Shown: positions 48,954 through 58,273 of the stretch, piece by piece
Layout of the letters: every line of letters starts with the position of its first letter
How positions within the stretch are numbered: the stretch's first letter is position 1
Assembly (NCBI GenBank): GCA_049890095.1
Contig: JBMHCD010000007.1
Span: 16,422 to 80,421, forward strand
Direction of reading: 5' to 3'
Source of the DNA: Flavobacteriales bacterium
Lineage (GTDB): Bacteria; Bacteroidota; Bacteroidia; Flavobacteriales; UBA7312
Length of the DNA: 64,000 nucleotides
Program-made: the position numbers and the translations under genes
Notes under the pieces: model-generated
What the model saw: the letters and a program-made list of their open reading frames with translations, nothing else
Databases searched by the model: none
What the model was told of the DNA's origin: nothing

Positions 48954-49673
48954 ATGCTCAATAATATTCCAATTGATAAAGTATTATTTTTAGATATTGA
49001 AACTGTTCCTGTTTGTAAAAATTATGAAGAATTATCTCCAAAATTACAGGAACTTTGGTCTGAAAAAACCCGTTGGCAAAGAAAAGACGAAATTACACCA
49101 AATGAATTTTATCAAAAAAAAGCAGGTATAATGGCCGAATTTGCTAAAATAGTCTGTATTTCTGTAGCATATATTTATCATAAAAATGGACTTCCTTTTT
49201 TGAGGTTAAAATCATTTTATGGTCATAATGAAAAAAACATATTATCACAATTTAAACATCTTTTAAACGATAGTTATAGTAGTGATCATCACTATTTATG
49301 TGCCCACAACGGAAAAGAATTTGATTACCCTTTCATTTGTAGAAGAATGCTAATAAATGGAATCAGTTTACCCAAAATATTAAATATTGCAGGCAAAAAA
49401 CCTTGGGAAATAAAACATTTGGACACAATGGAGTTATGGAAGTTTGGAGATTATAAGCACTACACGTCTATTCATTTATTAGCAGAGCTATTTAATATTC
49501 CTACCCCAAAAGATGACATAGACGGTTCTCAAGTTTCGAATGTATATTGGATTCAAAAGGATTTAGAGAGAATTCGTATTTACTGTCAAAAAGACACTCT
49601 TACTGTAGCTCAACTATATTTAAAATACAAAGGAGAGGATATTTTAAAAGATGAACAAATTGAAGTTGCATAA
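48954..49673 (+). CDS. RNase H-fold 3'-5' exonuclease-like protein (PolB-exo-like)
   Basis: 239 aa. DEDD-type motifs are FLDIETV, HNGKEFDYPF and YCQKDT. Confidence 0.6.
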   Translation: MLNNIPIDKVLFLDIETVPVCKNYEELSPKLQELWSEKTRWQRKDEITPNEFYQKKAGIMAEFAKIVCISVAYIYHKNGLPFLRLKSFYGHNEKNILSQFKHLLNDSYSSDHHYLCAHNGKEFDYPFICRRMLINGISLPKILNIAGKKPWEIKHLDTMELWKFGDYKHYTSIHLLAELFNIPTPKDDIDGSQVSNVYWIQKDLERIRIYCQKDTLTVAQLYLKYKGEDILKDEQIEVA

Positions 49674-49715
49674 ATGAAGGATAAGAAGTAATTTAATCGA
49701 CTAAATTTTATACCT

Positions 49716-51494
49716 ATGAATGACGCATTATTAGAGTTTAAAAACCTCGTTACCGAATTCGAAACAGAAGGAAAAGTTTTAAAAGCAGTAAACGATGTAA
49801 GCTTTACATTAAACAAAGGTGAAACGATTGGAATTGTAGGAGAGTCTGGCTCTGGTAAATCTGTTACATCTCTTTCTTCAATGCGTCTAATACCAAACCC
49901 ACCAGGTAGAATATCAAATGGACAAATTATATTTCATAAAAATGATGGCTCAAAAGTAGACTTAGTTCAACTTGACGAGAAAGAAATGAGGTCATTTAGG
50001 GGAAATGAATTAGCAATGATTTTCCAAGAACCAATGACGTCGTTGAACCCTGTTTTTACCTGTGGAGATCAGGTAATGGAGGCAATTATGCTCCATCAAA
50101 AAATTAGTACATCTGAAGCCAAAGACCTTACGATAAAACTATTTGAAGAAGTACAGCTTCCAGATCCCGAACGTATTTTCAGTACCTATCCTCATCAAAT
50201 TTCAGGAGGTCAAAAACAAAGAGTAATGATTGCAATGGCAATGTCTTGCAAACCATCGGTAATGATTGCAGATGAGCCTACAACAGCCCTAGATGTTACT
50301 GTACAAAAAACAATTCTAGAATTAATGCAAAACTTGCAAAAAGAGCATGATATGGGAATTTTATTCATTACTCATGACTTAGGAGTTATAGCAGAGCTTG
50401 CCGACAAGGTTGTAGTAATGTACAAAGGTAATATTGTTGAACAAGGAACTGTTTGGGATATTTTTAACAATCCAAAACACCCTTACACTAAAGGACTTCT
50501 TGCATGTCGACCACCTTTAGATAAAAGATATACTTTTTTACCAACTGTTTCTGACTTTATGCAGGTAGATAAAAAAGGAAATATCATTGAAAACGATATT
50601 TCAGTAGAAGAATTTACAAAAGACCTTGTAGTACCTGAGGGTGAAAGGTTAAAAAAAATAGAAAAAATATATTCTCAAAAACCTTTACTACAAATAAAAA
50701 ACCTAAAAACGTATTTTCCGATTAGAAATGGCTTTTTTGGTGGAATAACAGATTATGTTAAAGCAGTTGACGATATTACGTTTGATGTTTTTCCAGGAGA
50801 AACTTTAGGGTTAGTTGGTGAATCAGGATGTGGTAAAACAACAACAGGAAGAACCATTTTAAGATTAAATGAGCCAACTAGTGGACAAATGATTTATAAA
50901 GGAAGAGACATTTCTGAATTTGATGAAAAAGAACTAAGAGAATTTAGAAAAGAAGTACAAATTATTTTTCAAGACCCATATTCATCATTAAACCCTAGAA
51001 TGACAATTGGTAATGCTATCATGGAGCCAATGCAAGTTCATAATATTTTAGAAAACGATGAGCAACGGAAAAAAAGAGTAGAAGAATTATTAGAAAAAGT
51101 AAGTTTAAGTGCAGAACATTTTAATAGATATCCACACGAATTTTCAGGGGGTCAAAGGCAACGAATTGGTATCGCAAGAGCATTAGCAGTAAATCCAAAG
51201 TTTATCATTTGTGATGAATCAGTATCAGCATTAGATGTTTCTGTTCAAGCACAAGTATTAAACTTATTAAACGAACTAAAAGAAGAATTTGGTTTAACAT
51301 ATATTTTTATATCTCACGACTTGTCGGTTGTTAAATATATGAGCGACAAAATGGTCGTTATGCAAGGAGGAAAGATAGAAGAAATGGGAGAATCTGATCA
51401 AATTTATAAAAACCCTCAAACTGCTTATACAAAGAGGTTAATAGACGCAATCCCTGAGGGAAGAGCAGAAAACATTAAAATAAATCCTGCTTAA
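49716..51494 (+). CDS. double-cassette ABC ATPase of the Dpp/Opp (YejF/GsiA-like) type
   Basis: 592 aa. Two Walker A motifs (GESGSGKS, GESGCGKT), two signatures (ISGGQKQR, FSGGQRQR) and two Walker B motifs are present. No adjacent permease or binding protein is seen. Confidence 0.88.
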   Translation: MNDALLEFKNLVTEFETEGKVLKAVNDVSFTLNKGETIGIVGESGSGKSVTSLSSMRLIPNPPGRISNGQIIFHKNDGSKVDLVQLDEKEMRSFRGNELAMIFQEPMTSLNPVFTCGDQVMEAIMLHQKISTSEAKDLTIKLFEEVQLPDPERIFSTYPHQISGGQKQRVMIAMAMSCKPSVMIADEPTTALDVTVQKTILELMQNLQKEHDMGILFITHDLGVIAELADKVVVMYKGNIVEQGTVWDIFNNPKHPYTKGLLACRPPLDKRYTFLPTVSDFMQVDKKGNIIENDISVEEFTKDLVVPEGERLKKIEKIYSQKPLLQIKNLKTYFPIRNGFFGGITDYVKAVDDITFDVFPGETLGLVGESGCGKTTTGRTILRLNEPTSGQMIYKGRDISEFDEKELREFRKEVQIIFQDPYSSLNPRMTIGNAIMEPMQVHNILENDEQRKKRVEELLEKVSLSAEHFNRYPHEFSGGQRQRIGIARALAVNPKFIICDESVSALDVSVQAQVLNLLNELKEEFGLTYIFISHDLSVVKYMSDKMVVMQGGKIEEMGESDQIYKNPQTAYTKRLIDAIPEGRAENIKINPA

Positions 51495-51585
51495 TGCAAT
51501 AATTATGTACATACTTAGTTATGAGAGTAGGTTAAGTTAATTCATAATTTTTTAAGTTAGTTCTATTTCAGAGCAAGAAATAGAT

Positions 51586-51615
51586 AAAAAATAGGTCTAT
51601 TGACCTATTTTTTTT
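51586..51615 (+). terminator. intrinsic terminator after the ABC ATPase gene
   Basis: Stem ataggtc (51591-51597) pairs with gacctat (51602-51608) around a 4-nt loop. It is extended by A:U pairs and followed by a T-run to 51615. A second 7-bp hairpin (51563-51583) precedes it. Confidence 0.75.
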
Positions 51616-51719
51616 GACATCTACACTTCTTATCCATAAAATCTACACATTCATCAGATAGTTGTCTAACTGGTCAAAATTCGCTTTATCTTTAGAAAAA
51701 GTCGTTTTATATTTACAGT

Positions 51720-51795
51720 ATGAAACGATCCTCGTTTAATGACACTTGTTAAGGTTAAGGGAGAAAGTAGGGTGAAGACCCTGCTTTCTTTTTTT
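51720..51795 (+). ncRNA. candidate small RNA (about 75 nt) in the convergent spacer
   Basis: A near-consensus -7 element TATATTTA lies at 51708-51715. A 6-bp hairpin lies at 51723-51737. A strong plus-strand-specific terminator lies at 51763-51795. No ORF is present. This is hypothesis only. Confidence 0.25.
51763..51795 (+). terminator. plus-strand intrinsic terminator abutting the scoB stop codon
   Basis: A 10-bp stem pairs gaaagtaggg (51763-51772) with ccctgctttc (51779-51788) around a 6-nt loop, followed by seven T (51789-51795). The single t68:g83 pair is a G:U wobble only in the plus-strand RNA. On the minus strand it is an A:C mismatch and no U-tract follows. Confidence 0.6.
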
Positions 51796-52453
51796 ATAGC
51801 TTCATTTCTGGAATTTCTCCATTTATAATTAATTTTCCTTTTGTAGCATCTTGAATTTCTTGTACAGAAACACCAGGAGCCCTCTCTAATAATCTAAACC
51901 CCCCTCCTTCTTGAATTTCTAAAACAGCTAGATTAGTAACAATCTTTTTAACGCATGATACTCCAGTTAACGGCAAACTACACTCAGGCAAAAGTTTACT
52001 TTCTCCAGCTCTATTCGTATGCATCATTGCTACAATAATATTTTCTGCTGAAGCAACTAAATCCATAGCTCCTCCCATTCCTTTAACCATTTTTCCTGGA
52101 ATCTTCCAATTTGCAATGTCTCCATTTTGAGAAACTTCCATAGCTCCAAGTACGGTTAATTGTACATGTTTTCCTCTTATCATTGAAAAACTCATAGCAG
52201 AATCAAAAAAAGCTGCTCCATCTAAACTAGTTATTGTTTGCTTACCTGCATTAATTAAATCCGCATCTTCTTCTCCTTCAAAAGGAAAAGGTCCCATTCC
52301 GAGTATTCCATTTTCAGACTGAAATTCTACACTCATTCCATTAGGAATATAATTTGCAACTAATGTTGGAATCCCTATTCCTAAATTTACATAAAACCCA
52401 TCTTGTAATTCTTTAGCAATTCTTTTTGCTATACCTATTTTATCTAAAGCCAT
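51794..52453 (-). CDS. scoB: 3-oxoacid CoA-transferase subunit B
   Basis: 219 aa. The catalytic Glu motif is EFQSENGILGMGP. Confidence 0.9.
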   Translation of the reverse strand: MALDKIGIAKRIAKELQDGFYVNLGIGIPTLVANYIPNGMSVEFQSENGILGMGPFPFEGEEDADLINAGKQTITSLDGAAFFDSAMSFSMIRGKHVQLTVLGAMEVSQNGDIANWKIPGKMVKGMGGAMDLVASAENIIVAMMHTNRAGESKLLPECSLPLTGVSCVKKIVTNLAVLEIQEGGGFRLLERAPGVSVQEIQDATKGKLIINGEIPEMKL

Positions 52454-53151
52454 TACTTTTTTCTTATTGTTAATTGCTCAATTCTTTTTTGATAATTTTC
52501 TCCTTGAAAAATTCGTTGTACAAATATTCCTGGTGTATGAATAAGGTTTGGATCTAAATGACCTGCTGGCACTAGTTCTTCTACTTCAGCAACGGTAATT
52601 TTTCCTGCCATAGCCATCATAGGATTAAAATTTCTTGCAGTACCTTTAAAAATTAAATTTCCCGTTTCATCCCCTTTCCATGCTTTAACAAAAGCAAAGT
52701 CTGCTTCGAACGCAGTCTCTAAAATATGTGGCTTGCCATTAAAAACTCTTACTTCTTTCCCTTCAGCTATTTCAGTTCCATAGCCTGCCGGAGTAAAAAA
52801 AGCTGGTATGCCAGCTCCTGCTGCTCTACATCTTTCTGCAAGGGTTCCTTGAGGTATTAAATCTACTTCTAACTCTCCGCTCAACATTTGTCTTTCAAAC
52901 TCAGCATTTTCCCCTACGTATGAAGAAATCATCTTAGTTATTTGCTTTTTTTGTAAAAGTAACCCTAAACCAAATTCATCAACTCCTGCATTGTTAGAAA
53001 TACATGTTAAACGATTAATATTTGCATCACATAATGCTTGTATGCTATTTTCAGGAATACCACACAATCCGAATCCACCAAGCATAAGTGTCATTCCATT
53101 TTCTACCCCTTTAATGGCTTCATTTACTGAAGCTACTTTTTTATTTATCAT
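52453..53151 (-). CDS. scoA: 3-oxoacid CoA-transferase subunit A
   Basis: 232 aa. The sequence [16 protein letters not shown] is present. It overlaps scoB by 1 nt. Confidence 0.9.
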   Translation of the reverse strand: MINKKVASVNEAIKGVENGMTLMLGGFGLCGIPENSIQALCDANINRLTCISNNAGVDEFGLGLLLQKKQITKMISSYVGENAEFERQMLSGELEVDLIPQGTLAERCRAAGAGIPAFFTPAGYGTEIAEGKEVRVFNGKPHILETAFEADFAFVKAWKGDETGNLIFKGTARNFNPMMAMAGKITVAEVEELVPAGHLDPNLIHTPGIFVQRIFQGENYQKRIEQLTIRKK

Positions 53152-53153
53152 AA

Positions 53154-55409
53154 CTAAAACTCTTCTTCTAAATTATTTTCGTTTCCTTGCTTATTTGCCT
53201 GACAATCCATCAATAAATCTATTGATTGTGGAATGTCAAACTCTTGAGGATAAATTCCTAATTCTATTGAATCGTTATAAACCCTTTGCATATATTCAGC
53301 CCAAACTGGAAGAGCCATATTTGCTCCTTGACCGTAAAAGGTAGTTCTGAAATGAGCACTTCTGTCTTCATTTCCTGACCAAACTCCTGTTACAAGTTGT
53401 GGTGTTATTCCCATAAACCAACCATCAGAATTATTTTGTGTAGTTCCTGTTTTGCCCCCAATATTGTTTTTAAAATTATATTTTCTCCTTAACCTTACTC
53501 CGGTTCCCATTGTTACATCTGCATCGGAATTGTAGACTCCATCTACCACTCCTTGAAGCATTCTGACCATTATATCTGCTGTTTCCTTACTCATTGCTTC
53601 ATTTACCTTGGGTTGAAATTCTTGTATAACAACACCATTTTTGTCTTCTATTTTAGTTATGAGCATTGGTTCAACCCACAAACCTTTATTTACAAAAGTT
53701 GAGTATGCTCCAACCATTTCATATACCGACAAATCAAATGTTCCTAAACATATTGAAGGTACTGCTTGTAAATAATTGGTAATCCCCATTTTTCTGGCTA
53801 ATTCTAATACAGCATGTGGACCAAACTGTTTCATTATGTATGCTGTAATTGTATTTATTGAATTTGCTAATCCAAATTTCATACTTAACAGCATTCCATC
53901 ATATTTGTCGTCCGAATTTTTTGGAATCCAGTCTTTTTCAGGCAAGCCCCATTTTTCTTTTTCAAAAATAACAGGGACATTTGGTACTTCATAACAAGGA
54001 GAATATCCTTCTTGCATTGCTAAAGCATATAAAAATGGTTTGAATGTAGAGCCAACTTGTCTTTTACCAACTTTTACATGATCATATTTAAAATGTTTAT
54101 AATTAATTCCTCCTACATATGCTTTTACCAAACCTGTTGAAGGGTCCATACTCATCATTCCAGAATTGATAAAATATTTATAATACCTTATAGAATCTCT
54201 AGGGCTCATAATGGTATCCCGCTCTCCTTCCCAAGAGAATACTGTCATTGGAACTTTTGTGTTAAATATTTTTCTAATTTCCTTTTCCTTTTTGCCTACA
54301 TTTTTTAGACGCCTATAACGTTCTGTCCTTTTCATTGCCTGATCAATAATGGAGTTTATTTGATCATTCGTAAAGTCCTTTGGAAATGGAGCATTAGTGT
54401 AGCCTTTCCAGTGTTTAAAAAAATCTTTTTGTAGCGAGCTTAAATGTGTTTTTAAACCCTCCTCTGCATGTGCTTGCATTCTTGAGTTTATACCAGTGTA
54501 AATCTTAAGCCCATCGGTATATAAATTATAATTGGTTCCGTCTGCCTTTTTATTTTCCTTACACCATTTTTTAAGCTCTATCCTCAAATACTCTCTTAAA
54601 TATGGTGCTAAACCTTCATTGTGGCTAGCCTTTTTAAAATCCAAAACTATAGGTGCGTTTTTTAATGAATCCGCCAATGTGTTTTCTAAAAAACCATACT
54701 TTTTCATCTGATTTAACACTACATTTCTTCTTTGAGTAGTAAGCTCTAATCTTCTGTTTGGATTATATAAAGAAGGGTTTTTAAACATTCCTACCAACAT
54801 TGCCGACTCAAGAACCGAAAGTTCAGATGCTGTTGTGTTAAAATAAACTTGTGCTGCTGATTTAATGCCCACTGCATTATTAACAAAATCAAATTTGTTT
54901 AAATACATTGTCATAATCTCTTCTTTTGTGTACTGCCTTTCCAGTCGCACAGCAATAACCCATTCCTTTAACTTTTGCATTACCCTTTCAAAACCAGTAG
55001 CTGGCTTTTCTGTAAATAACATTTTTGCTAACTGTTGTGAAATTGTACTTGCTCCGCCAGAGCTTCCGCCAAAAAGCTGTCCTTTTACAGCTCGTAATAA
55101 TGCGATTAAATCTATTCCAGAGTGCTTATAAAAACGAATATCCTCTGTTGCAATTAATGCGTCTATTAAATGTTGTGAAATTTCTGAAAAACGAGCATTT
55201 GTTCTGTTTTCATAGAAAAATTTGCCCAACACCACTCCATCTTCCGAAATAAGTTCTGTCGCTAAATTATTTTTTGGATTCTCTAGTTGTTCAAAAGAAG
55301 GCAAGCTACCAAAAATACCGAGAGAAGTAAGGTATATTGTGAGCATTAAAACAACAAATGGTAAAGATATTGTTGTCCAAACTAACACTATTTTTTTACG
55401 ATTAGTCAT
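53154..55409 (-). CDS. mrcA: bifunctional penicillin-binding protein 1A (glycosyltransferase/transpeptidase)
   Basis: 751 aa. GT51 motifs are [24 protein letters not shown] and [11 protein letters not shown]. Transpeptidase motifs are STFKP and KTGTT. Confidence 0.92.
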   Translation of the reverse strand: MTNRKKIVLVWTTISLPFVVLMLTIYLTSLGIFGSLPSFEQLENPKNNLATELISEDGVVLGKFFYENRTNARFSEISQHLIDALIATEDIRFYKHSGIDLIALLRAVKGQLFGGSSGGASTISQQLAKMLFTEKPATGFERVMQKLKEWVIAVRLERQYTKEEIMTMYLNKFDFVNNAVGIKSAAQVYFNTTASELSVLESAMLVGMFKNPSLYNPNRRLELTTQRRNVVLNQMKKYGFLENTLADSLKNAPIVLDFKKASHNEGLAPYLREYLRIELKKWCKENKKADGTNYNLYTDGLKIYTGINSRMQAHAEEGLKTHLSSLQKDFFKHWKGYTNAPFPKDFTNDQINSIIDQAMKRTERYRRLKNVGKKEKEIRKIFNTKVPMTVFSWEGERDTIMSPRDSIRYYKYFINSGMMSMDPSTGLVKAYVGGINYKHFKYDHVKVGKRQVGSTFKPFLYALAMQEGYSPCYEVPNVPVIFEKEKWGLPEKDWIPKNSDDKYDGMLLSMKFGLANSINTITAYIMKQFGPHAVLELARKMGITNYLQAVPSICLGTFDLSVYEMVGAYSTFVNKGLWVEPMLITKIEDKNGVVIQEFQPKVNEAMSKETADIMVRMLQGVVDGVYNSDADVTMGTGVRLRRKYNFKNNIGGKTGTTQNNSDGWFMGITPQLVTGVWSGNEDRSAHFRTTFYGQGANMALPVWAEYMQRVYNDSIELGIYPQEFDIPQSIDLLMDCQANKQGNENNLEEEF

Positions 55410-55896
55410 AGTCTTTTTTATCTTGTTTTTCTATTCTTAAACCAACGTCAACAATATCATTTAGTGTTTTCATTTCGGCAAATTCACCATACCTCATTGC
55501 TTGTTCAATTTCAAAAGAATAAGCCCCTTGTTGGGTAAAACGTATTGACTTTAACTTTGCTTGTACATTCCAAATATCTGCTAAACCTCTAGAACCAAGC
55601 CATTTCCCGCTTGGGTTGGCTATTGCTACTTGTACTGTGTCGCTTGTTATTATGCTGTTTGGCGAAGTAGTATGTACAAACATCCATAAGTTAGAAAAAG
55701 AATAACTGGAAGTATGTCTGATATTTATCAAAATATTAAAAACAGTATTAGTGTCCTTAATTTCTGTTTCAAATACTTTAGCGTCGGCAAGAGACCAGCT
55801 TTTATTATCTATCTCTAAGTTTTTCTCATAAATTCGATTTGAATCACAACCAAAAACAAACAATAGAAAAAATAATATGATGATATTTCTAATCAT
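55402..55896 (-). CDS. gldH: gliding-motility lipoprotein GldH
   Basis: 164 aa. The lipobox is FVFGC. Family-like motifs are FNILINIRHTSSYSFSNLW and YSFEIEQAMRY...IVDVGLRIE (recall-based). It shows the conserved neighbourhood with the PSP1 and PBP1A genes. Confidence 0.7.
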   Translation of the reverse strand: MIRNIIILFFLLFVFGCDSNRIYEKNLEIDNKSWSLADAKVFETEIKDTNTVFNILINIRHTSSYSFSNLWMFVHTTSPNSIITSDTVQVAIANPSGKWLGSRGLADIWNVQAKLKSIRFTQQGAYSFEIEQAMRYGEFAEMKTLNDIVDVGLRIEKQDKKDYD

Positions 55897-57052
55897 ACTT
55901 TTTTACTTTTTTACTCTTTTTCCTTTTTCCTTTATACCTCCCTTTTGCTTTTCTTTTTTTGTCAAACCTGTTGATACTGTCTTGCCCAACTACATTTTCA
56001 TAATCTACTTTTTCCTGAATCGAATCATCCAACAACTCTAAAGATTCAGGTTTTTTACCTATAGTATTTAATTCTATAATCTCTTTCACTCTATCTAATG
56101 ATAACTCTATAATACCCATTCCAGAATCTTTATCATCATAAGTATACCACATTAATCTTTTGAAAATGTCCATTTTAAAGAATGATGCCTGACCTTTTTT
56201 ACTTTTAAGCTTAAGCTTAGTGCTCGGAAATTCTTTAATACCCTCCATATATGCGTCTAACTCAAAATTGAGACAACACTTTAACTTACCACATTGTCCT
56301 GCTAGTTTTTGAGGATTAATCGACAAATTTTGATATCGTGCCGCAGAAGTGTTTACCGTTCTAAAATCTGTAAGCCAAGAGGAGCAACACAATTCTCTGC
56401 CACATGCTCCTATTCCTCCAAGCCTAGATGCTTCTTGACGAGCACCTATTTGTCTCATTTCGATTCGTACTCTAAATTCAGATGACAATTGTTTTATAAG
56501 CTCTCTAAAATCTACTCTACCATTAGCCGTATAATAAAAAGTTGCTTTAGTCTTATCTCCTTGATACTCAACATCGCTAATTTTCATCTCCAAACCTAAG
56601 TTTTCAGCATGTTTTCGTGCAACATGCATGCTAGACTCCTCTAAATCTACTGCAGACTGCCATTTATTTATATCATTTTCTTTAGCAATTCTGTAAACTT
56701 TATTCAGATCTTCAACATCAAGCTTTCTGTGTTTTTTCTTCAACTGTAGTCTTACCAATTCTCCTACAATAGAAACTACTCCAATATCATGCCCTGATGT
56801 AGCCTCAACAGCTACTACATCTCCTACCTTTAAAGGCAGTTCTAAATTATTATTGTAAAACTCTTTGCGACTCCCTTTAAACCTAACCTCAACAGCTTTA
56901 AAGTTTGACGCCGAATTTGGCATGTCTATATTAGAAAGCCAATCAAAAACAGTAAGCTTATTACACCCTCCTGAACCACAATTTCCGTTGTTTTTACATC
57001 CTCTAGGCAAACTACTCGAGCACCCTCCTGAAGAACAACTTCCACATCCCAT
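55889..57052 (-). CDS. ricT: PSP1-domain protein (RicT/YaaT-like) with Cys-rich N-terminal extension
   Basis: 387 aa. PSP1 Cys motifs are GACGRELCCSSWL and GQCGKLKCCLNFE. There are six Cys within the first 31 residues. It lies downstream of holB, as in Bacillus. Confidence 0.85.
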   Translation of the reverse strand: MGCGSCSSGGCSSSLPRGCKNNGNCGSGGCNKLTVFDWLSNIDMPNSASNFKAVEVRFKGSRKEFYNNNLELPLKVGDVVAVEATSGHDIGVVSIVGELVRLQLKKKHRKLDVEDLNKVYRIAKENDINKWQSAVDLEESSMHVARKHAENLGLEMKISDVEYQGDKTKATFYYTANGRVDFRELIKQLSSEFRVRIEMRQIGARQEASRLGGIGACGRELCCSSWLTDFRTVNTSAARYQNLSINPQKLAGQCGKLKCCLNFELDAYMEGIKEFPSTKLKLKSKKGQASFFKMDIFKRLMWYTYDDKDSGMGIIELSLDRVKEIIELNTIGKKPESLELLDDSIQEKVDYENVVGQDSINRFDKKRKAKGRYKGKRKKSKKVKKYD

Positions 57053-57054
57053 AG

Positions 57055-58209
57055 TTATTGATTTATTGGTTTAGACAAATTTACACTTTTAACACGAAGC
57101 AATATCACCATTTTCAAGGACAAATCCATCAATATTATTTTTGAACTTCCGTTTCTTGCAATGTGATTTAACGCTTTTTCTAACTCATCTATTATTTTTT
57201 GAGAATTATTTTCATTTATAAATGGAGCAAACTTTCTAATAAATGTTTTTTCTTCCTCTCTTGTTCGTTGCAAATTTTCAGGGCCAAAATTAAAAATTAA
57301 ACATTCTCTTATCATGTGTAAGCTATATACAAGAAACTCTTTTTGCTCTTCTCGACCATGCTTTATAAATTGGTCTATCCAATTACTTAAATCGGGTATT
57401 TTTGCTGTGTAACATATTCTCATCCATTTCTGAAACAATTGTGTCAAATGATCGTGCCTACTGTCAGTATTTGCCATCTGAATTGCTTTCGCAACATTTC
57501 CAGAGCTTATCACTTTAATGTTTTCTATTTTTTGATTATCTAGCTCAAAATGGTTTTTTAAAAAGGTTTGAAGCTCAATGTCAGTTAGAGCAATAATCTT
57601 TGTTTTTTGAACTCTGGAAATAATTGTATCTAACAACATATTATCTCTAGAACTTACCAAAATGAAAATTGTTTTTTCTGGCGGCTCTTCCAATAATTTT
57701 AACAACTTGTTAGACGTAGGAGCATGCATTTTATCAGCTTGCCATATTATAACAACCCTATATGAGCCTTCATAAGGTTTTAATGTCATTTTTTTAGCTA
57801 ACTCATACGCTTCTTTAACCCCTATAAAAAGCTGCTTATTTTCAGCTTCTAATTTCTGAACCCACTCAAATTCGGTAGGAAAACTGCTTCCCTTAACAAA
57901 CTCTCTCCATTGATCTATAAACATATCGCTTGTAGGGTTAGTCCCTCTACCTGTAGTAACAGGAAAAACCCAGTGCACATCAGGATGAGTTAGGTTATTA
58001 TTTTTTAAACAACTGCTACATTTTCCACAAGAATCTTGATCTGTTTTATTGCTACACAACAAATATTGTGCATAAGCCCTAGCCATTGCTAAAGATGATG
58101 AGCCATCCTGACCGCTAAACAAATGTGCATGACTAACCCTGTCAAACTTTACCCCATTCTTAAGCCGAGATTTAGTATTGTTGTTACCTGGTATTTGACT
58201 AAAATTCAT
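57055..58209 (-). CDS. holB: DNA polymerase III subunit delta'
   Basis: The ATG at 58209 gives MNFSQIPGNN...HAHLFSGQDGSS, followed by the zinc module CGKCSSC. The ORF-track start at 58404 is an upstream extension that would overlap pgk. Confidence 0.85.
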   Translation of the reverse strand: MNFSQIPGNNNTKSRLKNGVKFDRVSHAHLFSGQDGSSSLAMARAYAQYLLCSNKTDQDSCGKCSSCLKNNNLTHPDVHWVFPVTTGRGTNPTSDMFIDQWREFVKGSSFPTEFEWVQKLEAENKQLFIGVKEAYELAKKMTLKPYEGSYRVVIIWQADKMHAPTSNKLLKLLEEPPEKTIFILVSSRDNMLLDTIISRVQKTKIIALTDIELQTFLKNHFELDNQKIENIKVISSGNVAKAIQMANTDSRHDHLTQLFQKWMRICYTAKIPDLSNWIDQFIKHGREEQKEFLVYSLHMIRECLIFNFGPENLQRTREEEKTFIRKFAPFINENNSQKIIDELEKALNHIARNGSSKIILMDLSLKMVILLRVKSVNLSKPINQ

Positions 58210-58251
58210 TAATTTTTTGTTGTAAACCAAAGGTAAGTAATTAATTCGTTT

Positions 58252-58259
58252 TACTTTTG
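58252..58259 (+). promoter_or_regulatory. candidate -7 element TAnnTTTG for pgk
   Basis: TACTTTTG lies 14 nt before the ATG at 58274. Confidence 0.35.
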
Positions 58260-58273
58260 GCAAAATTTTGAGA

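Noticed and set aside
52991-53344. A 117-aa plus-strand ORF spanning the scoA/PBP1A junction.
   Set aside because: It overlaps two well-supported minus-strand genes, has no motif, and has hydrophobic low-complexity composition.
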